Assembly (NCBI GenBank): GCA_951406725.2
Contig: OX597814.1
Span: 180,048,001-180,112,000, forward strand
DNA from: Octopus vulgaris
Lineage: Eukaryota
Length of the DNA stretch: 64,000 bases
Direction of reading: 5' to 3'
The notes under the pieces are model-generated. The model did not search any database and was not told the DNA's origin. It saw only the letters and a list, made by a program, of their open reading frames with translations. The translations under genes were made by a program, and so were the position numbers. Of the stretch, positions 25,096 to 37,287 are shown in pieces (positions within the stretch are counted from its first letter, which is position 1; each line of letters opens with the position of its first letter).

Positions 25096-25669
25096 TAAAT
25101 AGCAACAGCAACAGAAAGCTCAGAGAAACGAGAGGGTTTCAGTATGCGAGAAATAGCAGCCAAGCTTTCCTCAAATTACAAACTATCGTCTTTTCTTTTA
25201 AAAAAACACACAGAGAAATCACATTGGATAAAGCGGTCTTCATAAATTGTGTCCATAGAATCAGACGCGAGAGTCACAGATGGAACGGACTTCTACACAT
25301 TCATCTCGCTTGAGCTGAAGCTAAACGACAAGAACACAAATAAACCGTCCTGTTAGTGTGTCTCGGAAGATGAAATGCTGATTGTTATCATCATAATCAT
25401 CACCATCATCCTCGTTGTCGTCATAGTTGTCGTAGTCACCATCATCATTGACATTATCAGCAGTAATAACAGCTCATGATCTGAAACCCGCCATAAGTGG
25501 CGCCTGCTGGTTCTTGTCGAATTTCTGGTAACAATCAATCATAATCCTGGTATGTAACGTACTACGCAAGAAGCTGGGTTAATCTTCTCTCTACTGCATA
25601 TGTATGTACATTGTATACATACATACATACATACATACATACATACATACATACATACATACATGCAAG

Positions 25670-27015
25670 CAAAACTACATAGACCACTTCTACCTAAAAC
25701 GAAAGCAAGATGGCAGAAGCTAAAATATCGATCCAAAATGCCTTTGAATATCGTATCATATCCCTTCGGCAACATCTTTTAACCACCAGGAATCGAAGTC
25801 TATCCTTTAACCAAATTTGCATACATGATGCTGATAACATCATAAAAAACTCGAAAGGCAGCTCCTTGAGCAATACTCTTTATCTAATAACCTAGAATAC
25901 ATGCCCAAAGAAGTCGTACGACTCTACTGCAACGTATCATCAGATGAAAGGATGAGTCTTTGTGAACAGAAGACTCTGCATGGATATGTTAGTAGAAATC
26001 TCCGAGATGATAGTAACTTGATCATAAAAGCAGTCTATCATGGACCAATAGCCGGATTACTGCCTCCCACTTTAAAGGGTATGTGTTTGCAATCCAGGAA
26101 CAGGAAATATCAACCAAGTACCTGATGCCCAAAAGGGATAGAAATGCAAGAAAGCAGTAAAATGTGACAACCGAAGCAGACTTTGAGAAGTTAACACCGA
26201 AGATATCACCCACATCATAAGCAGTTGTCCGAAAATGTCATCACGGTATTATCTACAAATGAGACATGATGTTGCAGCTAGGACAGTCTATAATGAAATC
26301 CGTCGGAAGGACAAAGGAATAAGAAACCACAATATGGTAGAAACCATAGCCACTCATAATAAAAAGGAGTACTGGTAGAGTGTCCCTGTGAAAACTGCAA
26401 TAAAATGTAAGCACAACAGGCCTGATATAATGATTTGGGATAGAGGCGAGAAACAGTGTACAGTTGTGCAAATTAGCTACTCAGCGGACCTTAACATAAA
26501 GCTGAAGATCAGTGAAAACGAGAATACCTGCACTGAATCACTGAGAAATCTGTAGTTACTCTATCCAGATAACAAGTTCACGTTTATACCTGTAAACATT
26601 GGGGCCTGAGATATGTAACACACTGCCTTCTCAAACCAGAAAGGAGACAGCTAATCCGAAGACTACAGATCCAATCCATCACTGGAACTGTAAAAGTCTG
26701 TAAAACTTTTCAGAAGTTTATCATTTAAATGTATCTGAGCATTTCTAGATATGCAACTATATGCATGAGAATATATACAAATCTGCACCTTTCCAAACAT
26801 ACATACATACTTACGTACGTACGTACGTACGTACGTACATACATACATACATACATACATACATACATACATACATACATACATACATACATACATACAA
26901 GAAAAATTACCTAGTTGTTGATATTGAAATTCCAATGAAAGAGCCTTGGATCTAGGTTAGAAACCGGCTCTTTCTCTATTGGCAAGAAATCTTGAAATAA
27001 AACTGAACAACCACA
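25670..27015 (+). mobile_element. 5'-truncated, decayed R4/Dong-like LINE flanked by (ACAT)n
   Basis: Translation across lesions: YIDHFYLKRKQDGRS (cf. DRLYL.R..GGRG), GYVFAIQEQEISTKY, degenerate zinc knuckle ..EDITHIISSC, RHD, KHNRPDIMIWDR (REL nuclease), QSITGTVKVCKTF*. Confidence 0.82.
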
Positions 27016-28014
27016 TACATGTATGCATGCATATGTAAATGCACACACACATACACATATACAATATGAAATATATACTATATGTAATATGAATAAATAA
27101 ATGTGTTTGTCTGTGTGTGTTTCAATGTATGTAGGTATATCTTTACAAGCAAATGTTCCTAATCTTTATACAATATCCCTTTAGCCAACTACAACTTTTC
27201 ATACTATTTGTTTTTATACTATCTCATTCCTTATTCCTATTAATCTTCCCACCCACCTTCTTCCCCCTTTTCCCACTCCTTTGTGACCGGATCTCTCCTT
27301 AACGACAGCTGTAAGAGATATCCGTAAGAAATATTTTGAGAAAAAGCAATATTTTGGACAGATAAAAATGTTGCTTTGCTGTTTTATGATTCTATATTCT
27401 GCTATGTTAACATGACTGTGAGGAATATCAGGAGAGCAGGGAGGCAAGAAAAGATAAGCACCAAAAGAAGACGAAAGAATAGATTAGATTTTAGAAGAAA
27501 CAATAAACAACAGGTGGTAGAGACTGTAAATCCAAAGTGGTTCTTCTCAGTTCTGAAACGAATTCTACTGAAACTATAAGCATTGTTCACAGTATTTTTA
27601 TTCGCTTAGCCGCTTCGTTCTTTCCTATATCTATTTTTCTTTTTCTTTTTTTGTTAAGTTTAAATGGATGTTTTCAAAGTGTATATGGATAGATGCCAGC
27701 TCGGATGTTTTTGTTAAGAAGTTTGCTTCGAAATCAGTGATTTCCGATTCAGTCCGACTGTACGACTCCTCCAACCAGTTTTTTTCAACTAAGGCACAAG
27801 GGTCGACTACTGCGCTCTGTGAATGAATTTGATAGACTTGAAGCTGTGTAGAAATTCATGCATATGTGTGTGTGTGTGTGTGTGTACACGACGGGCTTAC
27901 ACACATCCATCCATCCATACATACATACATATATACATACATATATACATATATATATTTATTCATCTATCTACATATGTATGTATGTTTAGACAGACAG
28001 ACAGACAGACAGAC

Positions 28015-28108
<94 letters not shown>

Positions 28109-28234
28109 GTGGTGACACTGAACAAATCGGGTGTTTTCACACGTTTTACCATAAGGAAGATATTTTCTCTAAGGTAGACTACATTGTATTTGCCTTTTAG
28201 CAGTTGAAATATGTCACAGACATATTTTAACTAA

Positions 28235-28291
<57 letters not shown>

Positions 28292-28295
<4 letters not shown>

Positions 28296-28614
28296 GAAAT
28301 ATTAAAATTACTAAGTCTCTCTAAAGGAGATTACGGTAGCGTTACTGGATATTAATAGTTATCGCCATACTAATATGGCAGTCTAAATATAAGACTAAAG
28401 CTGGTTCTGACTACGCTGCATTGATAAAGGGCAACAACCCTGAAACATGTCTGCAGATGTCTGACTAGCAAGGTGAAGCGACTGACCTCCCCTGTTCGAA
28501 GGTTGTAATGGACGCAGGTTCGTGTGTCATATATGTAGCTAGAGGCGGTGGCCTCTTGGAGCTAATCAGCGACAGCTTTAGTCTTATATTTAGACTGCCA
28601 TATTAGTATGGCGA

Positions 28615-28620
<6 letters not shown>
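28292..28620 (+). mobile_element. HHR-retroelement (same family as 19772-20189) with perfect 48-bp inverted repeat, inserted in (TA)n
   Basis: TAGTTATCGCCATACTAATATGGCAGTCTAAATATAAGACTAAAGCTG (28356-28403) and its reverse complement (28573-28620); (TA)n on both sides. Confidence 0.8.
28416..28456 (+). ncRNA. Type I hammerhead ribozyme, U3:A8 core variant
   Basis: CTGCA-TTGATAA-AGGG CAACAA CCCT-GAAA-CAT-GTC-TGCAG; perfect stems I and II, palindromic stem III ACAUGU. Confidence 0.75.
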
Positions 28621-28674
<54 letters not shown>

Positions 28675-28704
28675 TTAGTATATATATATATACCTTTTTT
28701 TGTA

Positions 28705-29407
28705 AAATAAAAAAAGGCCAGTTTTATCACAGCTGAATACTTGTGCGATGTACCTCCTCGACTGCGATGAGCAGACGGAATTCACTCACGTAATCTTCAG
28801 CTGCCTTCATGTCAGAGCTCGCTGCTTCTCTATACCTGACGGCGCTATGAGCACCAGTCCTCTTCTTGAAATTATCAAACCAACTGCGACTGGCCTTCAA
28901 TGCGGCTGCTGATGTCTCCTCCATCGATGTTCCAGGGTTCTGCTTCAGGGAATCCCCATAGAGCGCTCGTGCTTTCTCGCAGATGATGGTCTCCGCAATC
29001 GTATCCCCAGCAAGTTACTTCTCGTTGATCCACAGGAGAAGCAATTTTCGCACCCTTTCGTGGGCAGATATCCGTTGCTTAGAGAGCCTGGAATCACTTT
29101 TTGCTGATGTAACGGCCTTGATCTCGTCCTTTTTCTTCAGGATCGTGCAGATCGTCTACGTGCTTCGGTCATATTGACGTGCTATATCTCAGCACGCCGG
29201 GCGAAATGCGTTGCCGTATTTCGTCTGTCGTTACGTTCGAAGTTCAAATTTCGCCGAGGTCGGCTTTGCCTTTTATCCTTTCGGGGTCGATAAATTAAGT
29301 ACCAGTTACGCACTGGGGTCGATGTAATCGACTTAATCCCTTTATCTGTCCTTGTTTGTCCCCTCTGTGTTTAGCCCTTTGTGGGTAGTAAAGAAATATA
29401 TATATCT

Positions 29408-29472
<65 letters not shown>

Positions 29473-29855
29473 ATATTTATCAATGATTTCCTTCTTCAAT
29501 TCTATCGTAATCAGCTTTTTCTTCTTCTCAGCACTGTCCTTTGCACTTACATTCTTAGGACCCATGGCTAACACAGCTAATTATTATACAATAATAGCAA
29601 AAAATTCACAAAGCTAAACAAAAACACTGGAAAAAAAAACACAAGGGGAATACGGCCACAGCGAGATAAACACGTGACTGAGCGAGCTGAGTCTGCACTT
29701 GTTGGGAGAGCGTGTGCGAGGTCATGCGATCGCTTGCATGAAACTCGCTCGTACTGTGGAGTTCCGCCCGTACTTCAAAACAAAAATTCGCATGAGCTTC
29801 GGCTCGTACAGCAAATTATCGTACAATGATGCACTCGTATTGCGAGGTTCTAATG
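28705..29855 (-). mobile_element. Tigger/pogo-family DNA transposon 5' part (CENP-B-like HTH), interrupted by SINE B and (TC)n
   Basis: MGPKNVSAKDSAEKKKKLITIELKKEIIDKYE ... TICTILKKKDEIK ... LWINEK*LAGDTIAETIICEKA ... KASRSWFDNFKKRTG..AASSD; terminal CATTAGAACCTCG (-) next to TA. Confidence 0.85.
29191..29398 (+). mobile_element. SINE family B nested in Tigger relic
   Basis: AGCACGCCGGGCGAAATGC..GTGGGTAGTAAAGAAATA; possible TSD TATATCTC. Confidence 0.88.
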
Positions 29856-30182
29856 TATGTATGTATGTATGTATGTATGTATGTATGTATGTGTGTGTGT
29901 GTATGTATGTGTGTGTATGTATGTGTGTGTGTATGTACGTGTATGTGTATGTATGTGTGTGTGTATGTATGTGTGTGTGTATGTATGTGTGTGTATGTAT
30001 GTATGTATGTATGTATGTATGCATGTATGTATGTATGCATGTATGTATGTATGTACGTGTGTGTGTGTATGTATATGTGTGTATGTATGTGTGTATGTAT
30101 GTACGTGTGTGTGTATGTATGTGTGTGTGTATGTACGTGTGTATGTGTATGTATATGTGTGTATGTATGTGTGTATGTATGT

Positions 30183-30254
<72 letters not shown>

Positions 30255-30317
30255 ATGTATGTATGTATGTATGTATGTATGTATGCATGCATGCATGTAT
30301 GTATGTATGTATGTATG
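29854..30317. repeat. Compound (TATG)n/(TG)n microsatellite
   Basis: Direct read; it is the source of several ~200-aa artefact ORFs. Confidence 0.95.
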
Positions 30318-30736
30318 CGAGATGAAAAACAAAACCCGTCAAAGGGCGGAGGAACTCTTCAGAGTCAACGTCCATCCAATAAATGTCTTAAGGCTGTATC
30401 ATGCGCGGGGACATAGAAATAAACGGACTGAATACCCGATCGCGCGGTTAAACCATTGGTAGTGTAGGACTCCCAGCTTTGTTAAGGCATCCATATAGGA
30501 GAAGGTAACTCAGGTTTCTGGGATAACTCCGACATAAAACCTGCGGCTCAGTGGTTACCGATGATGTCGACTGTTCTTCTTTTCGGATTATGGCTGCTGT
30601 TGCTTAGTGAGTGGGATTGACTCAGTGCACAGCCTTTTCTCACTTTAAAAAAATCTTCTTGCACAGGCATTGCACGATAACAACATTGATTAAGCTTCGT
30701 GCAATAGCCATACTCGATAACGAGGGGGCAGCCACC
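30318..30736 (+). mobile_element. ~420-bp non-coding insert in (TATG)n, possibly an RTE-derived non-autonomous element
   Basis: GGCATCCATATAGGAGAAGGTAACTC resembles a motif recalled from RTE 5' UTRs; 3' hairpin TGCACGA...TCGTGCA; microsatellite on both sides. Confidence 0.4.
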
Positions 30737-30806
30737 ATGTATGTATGTATGTATGTATGTATGTATGTATGCATGTATGTCTAAATCCACATCTGTGTAT
30801 ATATTA

Positions 30807-30955
30807 TGTGTGGTAAGAAGCTTACTTCCTGATCCATGGTTTCGGGTTCAGTCCTACTGTGTGGCACCTTGGACAAGTGTCTTCTACTATAGTCACGAAC
30901 CAACCAAAGCCTTGTGAGTAGATTTGGTAGACCGAAACTGAAAGAAGCCTGTCGT
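30807..30955 (+). mobile_element. SINE family A 5' half
   Basis: TGTGTGGTAAGAAGCTT..CACCTTGGACAAGTGTCTTCTACTATAG..GAAAGAAGCCTGTCG. Confidence 0.8.
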
Positions 30956-30969
30956 GTGTGTGTGTTTGT

Positions 30970-31009
<40 letters not shown>

Positions 31010-31492
31010 CTGTCTGTCTGTCTGTCTGTCTGTCTGACTGTGTGTATCTTATGTAATCTTATGAGTGTGTCTTATGTGTGTGATTGAGTATGAGGGAGAT
31101 ACGTAGTTACAACAGGGTGGTTAATAAATTCGCTTTACAAGTTATGAGATCCTGAGATTTGGCACAAACGCCTTTTGTGCTATCCTCAGAGTGACCAAAG
31201 CCTTGAGGGTAAAACGAAATTGACAGAAAGTGACTGCGTGAAGCACGTCACATGAATTTATACCCATACTTCAAAAGATTGAGTTTAGTGGCACCCACTG
31301 TGCCTTCCGGATTTTGTCTGAAGCTTGCTATTATCTATGGAATATGCAATCAGTTTGTACTGTAATTCAATGTGTGGGGCAGTTCAGTTGATTGAACTAT
31401 TAATATAGTCATCGTCGAGACCGACAGAAATCCATCTACTATTGTTCGTATGTATCTGTGTGTGCGTGAGAGTTTGTGTGTTCATTTGTGGT

Positions 31493-31547
<55 letters not shown>

Positions 31548-31940
31548 TGTGTGTATTGACTTTTGTTTCAAAGTATACATTGATTCTGTGTGTGAGAAAA
31601 AAAACGGAAAGAAAGAAACAACCAAACAAACAGAGAATGAAAGAGAGGAAAAAGAGAGGGACAGAGAGAGAACCGGAGAAAGAAAGAGAGCGAGCGTGCA
31701 CAAGAAAAAGTGAGAGAGACTTGACCTTAGTGTAACATGACGCTTTACTGACTTCTTCGAGTTAAGTGAACGGAAAATTAAAGAGTAAAGCAAACGAAAA
31801 GAGACAACCACGAAGTAAATATCTTACACATTAAGCCAATAACACTACGGTAGTTAGTCACCCATCGACCCACCGCTTCCTCTACATTTGGAGTTTATAG
31901 CCTGCAGTAATTTACTCTTCCTTCTATCCTTCCTGACTCG

Positions 31941-32056
31941 GGCGAAGGTAAAGAATACGCACACTCGGTGTTTAGGGTTGGGGTTAGGGTTAGTGTTTAG
32001 GGTTAGGATTAGGGTTAAGCCGAAAACGGGTGGTGTGTGTATTCTTTACCTCCGCC
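31941..32056. mobile_element. 116-bp MITE with ~24-bp TIRs, 8-bp TSD and TTAGGG core
   Basis: GGCGAAGGTAAAGAATACGCACAC / GTGTGTGTATTCTTTACCTCCGCC; flanks CTGACTCG and TTGACTCG. Confidence 0.75.
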
Positions 32057-32075
32057 TTGACTCGATAGAATAGAT

Positions 32076-32474
32076 AGGCGTAGGAGTGGCTGTGTGGTAA
32101 GTCGCTTGCTTACCAACCACATGGTTCCGGGTTCAGTGCCACTGCGTGGCACCTTCAGCAAGTGTCTTCTACTATAGCCTCGGGCTGATCAAAGCCTTGT
32201 GAGTGGATTTCGTAGACGGAAACTGAAAGAAGCCCGTCGTATATATATATATATATATATAAGAATTTTTTGCGTAATGCTCTAATATCTATACAGCCTT
32301 GGTTTTTTTTATCTTATTACGCAAAAAATTCTTATATACACACGCTGATATACAACCAAGGTTGAACCCTTTATTCGCAATATTACCGAATCTAGAACTT
32401 AACTATGGTCTGTCTATAGCACTTATTCAGCATTACCTGACACCTTTGGGTCTCAATGACGCCGTTATCTCTTT

Positions 32475-32514
<40 letters not shown>

Positions 32515-32715
32515 AATATAAGCCTGTGTTTGTCCCCCCAACATCGCTTGACAACGGATGCTAGTGTCTTTACGTCCCCGTAACTTAGCAGTTCAGCAAG
32601 AGAGACCGATAGAATAAGTACTAGGCTTACAAAGAATAAGTCCTGGGGTCGATTTGCTCGACTAAAGGCGGTGCTCCAGCACAGCCACAATCAAATGGCT
32701 GAAACAAATAAAAGA
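32076..32715 (+). mobile_element. SINE family A with ~210-bp insert in its internal (TA)n
   Basis: Head 32076-32240, foreign insert about 32259-32470, tail 32520-32715. Confidence 0.85.
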
Positions 32716-33352
32716 AAAAAAAATCATTGGACTATACATTACATATCTACATAGTGTTATTGTGCAGGCATACTTCAACTTACGTCGGTAACTGGTTTCA
32801 TGACAGGCGACTTAACTCGAAAAACGACGTAACATGCAAAAACATTTTAAAACTTTATTAAGATTAGCTTTATATCTGTTTTAATAAATGGTTTCTACAT
32901 ATTTTCAAATGTATTTTATTTGATTTTCCAGTATTTAAACTGGATTTTAGAAAGTTTTTTTTTTTAATTTTTATGATTTTATGTACGCAGAAACTGACAA
33001 AATGTCGGATAAATCAACAGAAAGTTTATTTTTTCCATTATTTTTTTCCATTAATTTCTTTAAAAAACAAACGACTAAAGTTTATTTGTTTTAGTCCCAG
33101 GCCAGCCCGAACTGAACAGTTCTCTTTATTTATTTATTTATTTATTCATTCATTTATATATATATACACTCGTTTATTTATTTATTTCGTTTGTTTTATG
33201 TAGCGAATTGTATACGTTTAACGTTGTTGGGTATAGGCTCTGACAAAACGATCGTTTGTTCATTGTGTTTCTTTCTGACAGTGACACTGACAAGAGATGT
33301 CATCGGTTTATCCATTTTGTTTCCAATCTTCACCGATATACATCAGCGAAAG

Positions 33353-33396
<44 letters not shown>

Positions 33397-33559
33397 GCAC
33401 GCACGCACGCACGCACGCACCCACACGCACGCACGCACGAACGCACGCACACGCACACACGACACGTACACACGCACACATACACACGTACGTGTGTAAG
33501 TTGGATTGTGCTACTTTCATAACAGTCTTTATTCAAGCGTGAAATTGTCTTTAATCATT

Positions 33560-35839
33560 TGAAATTATCTCTTTCTCACACAGGCTTGCTAATAGTTATC
33601 ATTAGGTCTTTGTTTACCTTCTCTATGGAAGAGGGTAACGAAAATTTTGATAACTTAAGAATTTATCCATTTAAAATATTCCATTCCAAATCAAATTGTT
33701 TATTATATTCCTTCAGAGACCAAATTAATTTACTAAGTCCAGTATTGTTGTGCTTATTGATATGTCTAAATGTAGAGTAATGGTTAGATATTCTTTTGGA
33801 CAACTGAGATGAAGAACTACCTATGTAAAAAAAAATGACGCCAGAACCGGAAGTAATTTTACATTGATAAACAGAGTTTCTAGTCTTATAATTACTGCTA
33901 AGGAAAGGAATGCGATTGAAATTTATATCAGAAATACTAATATTATTATCATTGCTCAAAGAATGGTTGGTGTTAATAATATCAATGTTATTATTTTCAT
34001 TAAGTGGATTTGTATTTAAAAACTTATTGTTCTGCGAAGAGATGATCTGTGAAAGGTATTGATGTTTGAAAACCCTATTCTGACTCGGTGTGAATTGATA
34101 ATAGAATGGTATCTTGGGGAGAAATTCTTATCTATAGCTTCACGAAACTGGTAAGGGGGGTTGGATTTGATCCTCTTACCATATGGAATTATCAACCAAA
34201 CAGTTTTACTGGTACATACGCTGTTATGAGGGTAATCATCTTTAAAAGTCCTAGATGTACTTTTATAGCGAAAAAGGGGGTCTTAAAGAACGGTTATCTC
34301 CCTTACGCTGCAAAATTAAATTTTTCGATGTAGTGTTGTTATTTGAACTAAAATTTATATTGTTATTACCGTTATACCCTGATTTAATGTTCTGATTAAT
34401 AGAAGTAGAATTAATGTCAATAGGGTTAATATAGGTAATTTTTTTTCTTTATAGCCTGCTTTAAGTAAAGCAGAGTTATAAAATTCTGCTTTATTGTTGA
34501 AGATATCAACATTGGCAGATAATCTAGAATGTCGAAGTGAAATATTTCCGACTAAATTCCTTGTAATAGCCTTTGTGTGATTACTGAAACAGCTAATATA
34601 TTTTAAATTAGTTGAGGGTTTATGGTATGGAAAATATGAATCATTATATAAGTTAAGGGTAATATCCAGAAAGTTGGCTTTAGCTATATCATCGTCGAAA
34701 ACAATGCTTAAGCCGATGTTTCGGAAAAATTTAACCAACCTATTTTTAGTCTTTTGTAATTTTTGGTTAGAAGCATTTTGAAGGTAGAGTAAACAATCGT
34801 CACGATATAAACCATTGATGTTTGGGAATTGGACAGCCATTTCATAAATAATATATATACCAACCAAATCAGCGACTTGTGCTGAATCAGACCTGTCAGG
34901 CGTATCTTTACGGACCCACAGCTTGTTTTCAAATTTAATGATTGATTTTCTGGCGATTGACACATTATTTTCATCCCTGGTGACACCTGCTTTGTTGTGT
35001 GCGAACCAGAGTGCCTTGTTGAGCATAATTGGGTTAATAGAGGAATAGAAACTAGAAATGTCGAACTGCATAAACTTAATGCACTTCTTGTTATTAATAG
35101 AATTAAACCAGTCGACCACTTGGAGGTAATTAGACCATAAATTAAGCTTTAATGTTTTAACTAAGGTAGGAATATATTTATCTAGAATATTTTTGCTAAG
35201 TACACCGATATCAGAGTTAGGAGGACAAATAAGTCGTAAGGTTGGGTTATTAAAAAAATTTGGTTTGTGATCTTTTAAAATAAAACGAGGTCGTTTGGGG
35301 TCAAGAGGTTCAGTCTTCATCTTTAAATCATATTTCTCCATAATTTTCTTATCCTCAAGGTAGGCTTTCCTGATTGCACTTTTACTAGTAATCCTTTAAT
35401 TCTTTTGTATTTCTTTTCTAAGCAATTCTAGGTAGTAATCCTTGAGAAGTCTGTGTAAGTTTCCTGTTTTGTCAGACTGAATCTGTATCTCATCTGCGAT
35501 ATGAATTTCTTTATTGATATTGTGAAGATACCTCAGAAGTTTATTCCTTAAGGGTGAACGGTGAAATTTCACATTCTTTACGATAGACTAGAGATCGTCT
35601 TCAAACAGTTTCAATCTTGGGTTAGGTAGAGGATTGTTTTTAGGTTTAAACAATTTCTTGAATTCAGAAGATAGATCGTTAGAATATTGTTTAATGTCTT
35701 CGTCGTCGAAGAAGAAAGCAAGCCATCTAATATGATTAATAAAGAAGTTTGTCTTACGAATAAGTTGCTTAAGGAAAACTTTCCTTGGGGCGGGGATGGG
35801 TATATCCTTGAGAGATGCGTTTATATCAAATAACTCCAT
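33560..35839 (-). mobile_element. Penelope-like retroelement (Naiad-type by motif resemblance), RT + C-terminal GIY-YIG, pseudogenised
   Basis: SLKDIPIP..FINHIRWLAFFF (35588-35839), SDKTGN, LKDHKPNFFNNPTLRLI, FDISSFYSSI, GLYRDD, NFLDITLNL, PYHKP (34355-35341); GIY-YIG VYQCKI..YIGSSS..KRISNHYSTFRH..LSKLIWSLK (33663-33959). It has stops and frameshifts and lacks the FDVTMG segment; it abuts (TA)n. Confidence 0.88.
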
Positions 35840-35843
35840 ATAT

Positions 35844-35898
<55 letters not shown>

Positions 35899-35911
35899 TG
35901 TCTCCAGAGAC

Positions 35912-35943
<32 letters not shown>

Positions 35944-36320
35944 TTTATTAATGAATGGCATATGTATTTTGCATCGCCTAACTGATATGTTAGACGCTGC
36001 AGACGGGAAAAATAGAACATCGAGGATATGGCAGCTTGATGGAGAGAGGGATGCACCAACCGTTGGTTTGTACTCATTTCCAGTTGAGTTGCTTGGAACC
36101 ATATGGAATGAAGCGCCTTACTGAATAACAAATGACTCTACCCCACCCCACTCATCACCACCCAATTCAGGAATCGAACTTATAAGTTTCATCGAGAGCG
36201 TAACACCTGTATCACTACGCCCCGCATCTTCACGTCGTAACACACACACGACTAAGAATAAAACCATTGATTATGATTCGCGGTTTAAACAAATCAAAAC
36301 GTGATGTAAGAAGGAAAGCA

Positions 36321-36735
36321 GGATCTTTTCGGTTTGAACGGCAGTTTTTTTTACATAATTTCTAGGTAACTAAAAAATTTTAAACTTCGTATACTGGTAG
36401 AATGTGTTTATAAAACATCTTTTTCTCTTGGCTTTATTGAGAAAATTCTATAGTTTGTAAGATGCTTGTTGGGTTTTTTTTCTTCAATTTCTGTAATTTC
36501 AACCAATCACTGACATCTATTGAGGTAAAAAAACATTCTGTGTCGTATGAATATGTCCCTCGTTTAAGAAACAGATTGGGTTTATTTACATTTGTGAAGA
36601 AAAAAGATACCCTTCCCCCCACCTCTAACCCTAAAACAGATTGAAATGCAATAGATCGATACTAGGGTCATAATTATGGGTGACAATTTCATATGACACC
36701 GCTAGAAAAAACTGCCGTTCAAACAGAAAAGATCC
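36321..36735. mobile_element. MITE with ~30-bp TIRs starting GG
   Basis: GGATCTTTTCGGTTTGAACGGCAGTTTTTT / AAAAAACTGCCGTTCAAACAGAAAAGATCC; imperfect 8-bp flanks GGAAAGCA/GGGAAACA. Confidence 0.85.
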
Positions 36736-36872
36736 GGGAAACATGCCCCGTCTCTAATGTTGAAACCATTAGACTGAAAACTTCTGAAATGCCGTTTTAG
36801 TATCTTGCATTTATAAACATATCTTGTATTTGTAGATGCCTCTTTAGAATATATTTTGTATTTGTGAATGTA

Positions 36873-37287
36873 AGGCGCAGGAGTGGCTGTGTGGTAAGTA
36901 GCTTGTTTACCAACCACATGGTTCCGGGTTCAGTCCCACTGCGTGGCACCTTGGGCAAGTGTCTTCTACTATAGCCTCGGGCCGACCAAAGCCTTGTGAG
37001 TGGATTTGGTAGACGGAAACTGAAAGAAGCCCGTCGTATATATGTATATATATATATGCGTGTGTGTGTTTTTGTGTCTGTGATTGTCTCCCTAGCATTG
37101 CTTGACAACCGATGCTGGTGTGTTTATGTCCCCGTCACTTAGCGGTTCGGCAAAAGAGACCGATAGAATAAGTACTGAGCTTACAAAAGAATAAGTCCCG
37201 GGGTCGAGTTGCTCGATTAAAGGCGGTGCTCCAGCATGGCCGCAGTCAAATGACTGAAACAAGTAAAAGAGTAAAGAGTAAAGAGAG
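36873..37287 (+). mobile_element. SINE family A, full length, young
   Basis: Near-identical to 6605-7022. Confidence 0.92.

Noticed and set aside
29699-30462. 150-217-aa ORFs rich in MYVC/HTYI
   Set aside because: These are translations of (TATG)n/(TG)n microsatellite; the same applies to the poly-IY, YLSI, poly-V, poly-S and G-rich ORFs elsewhere.
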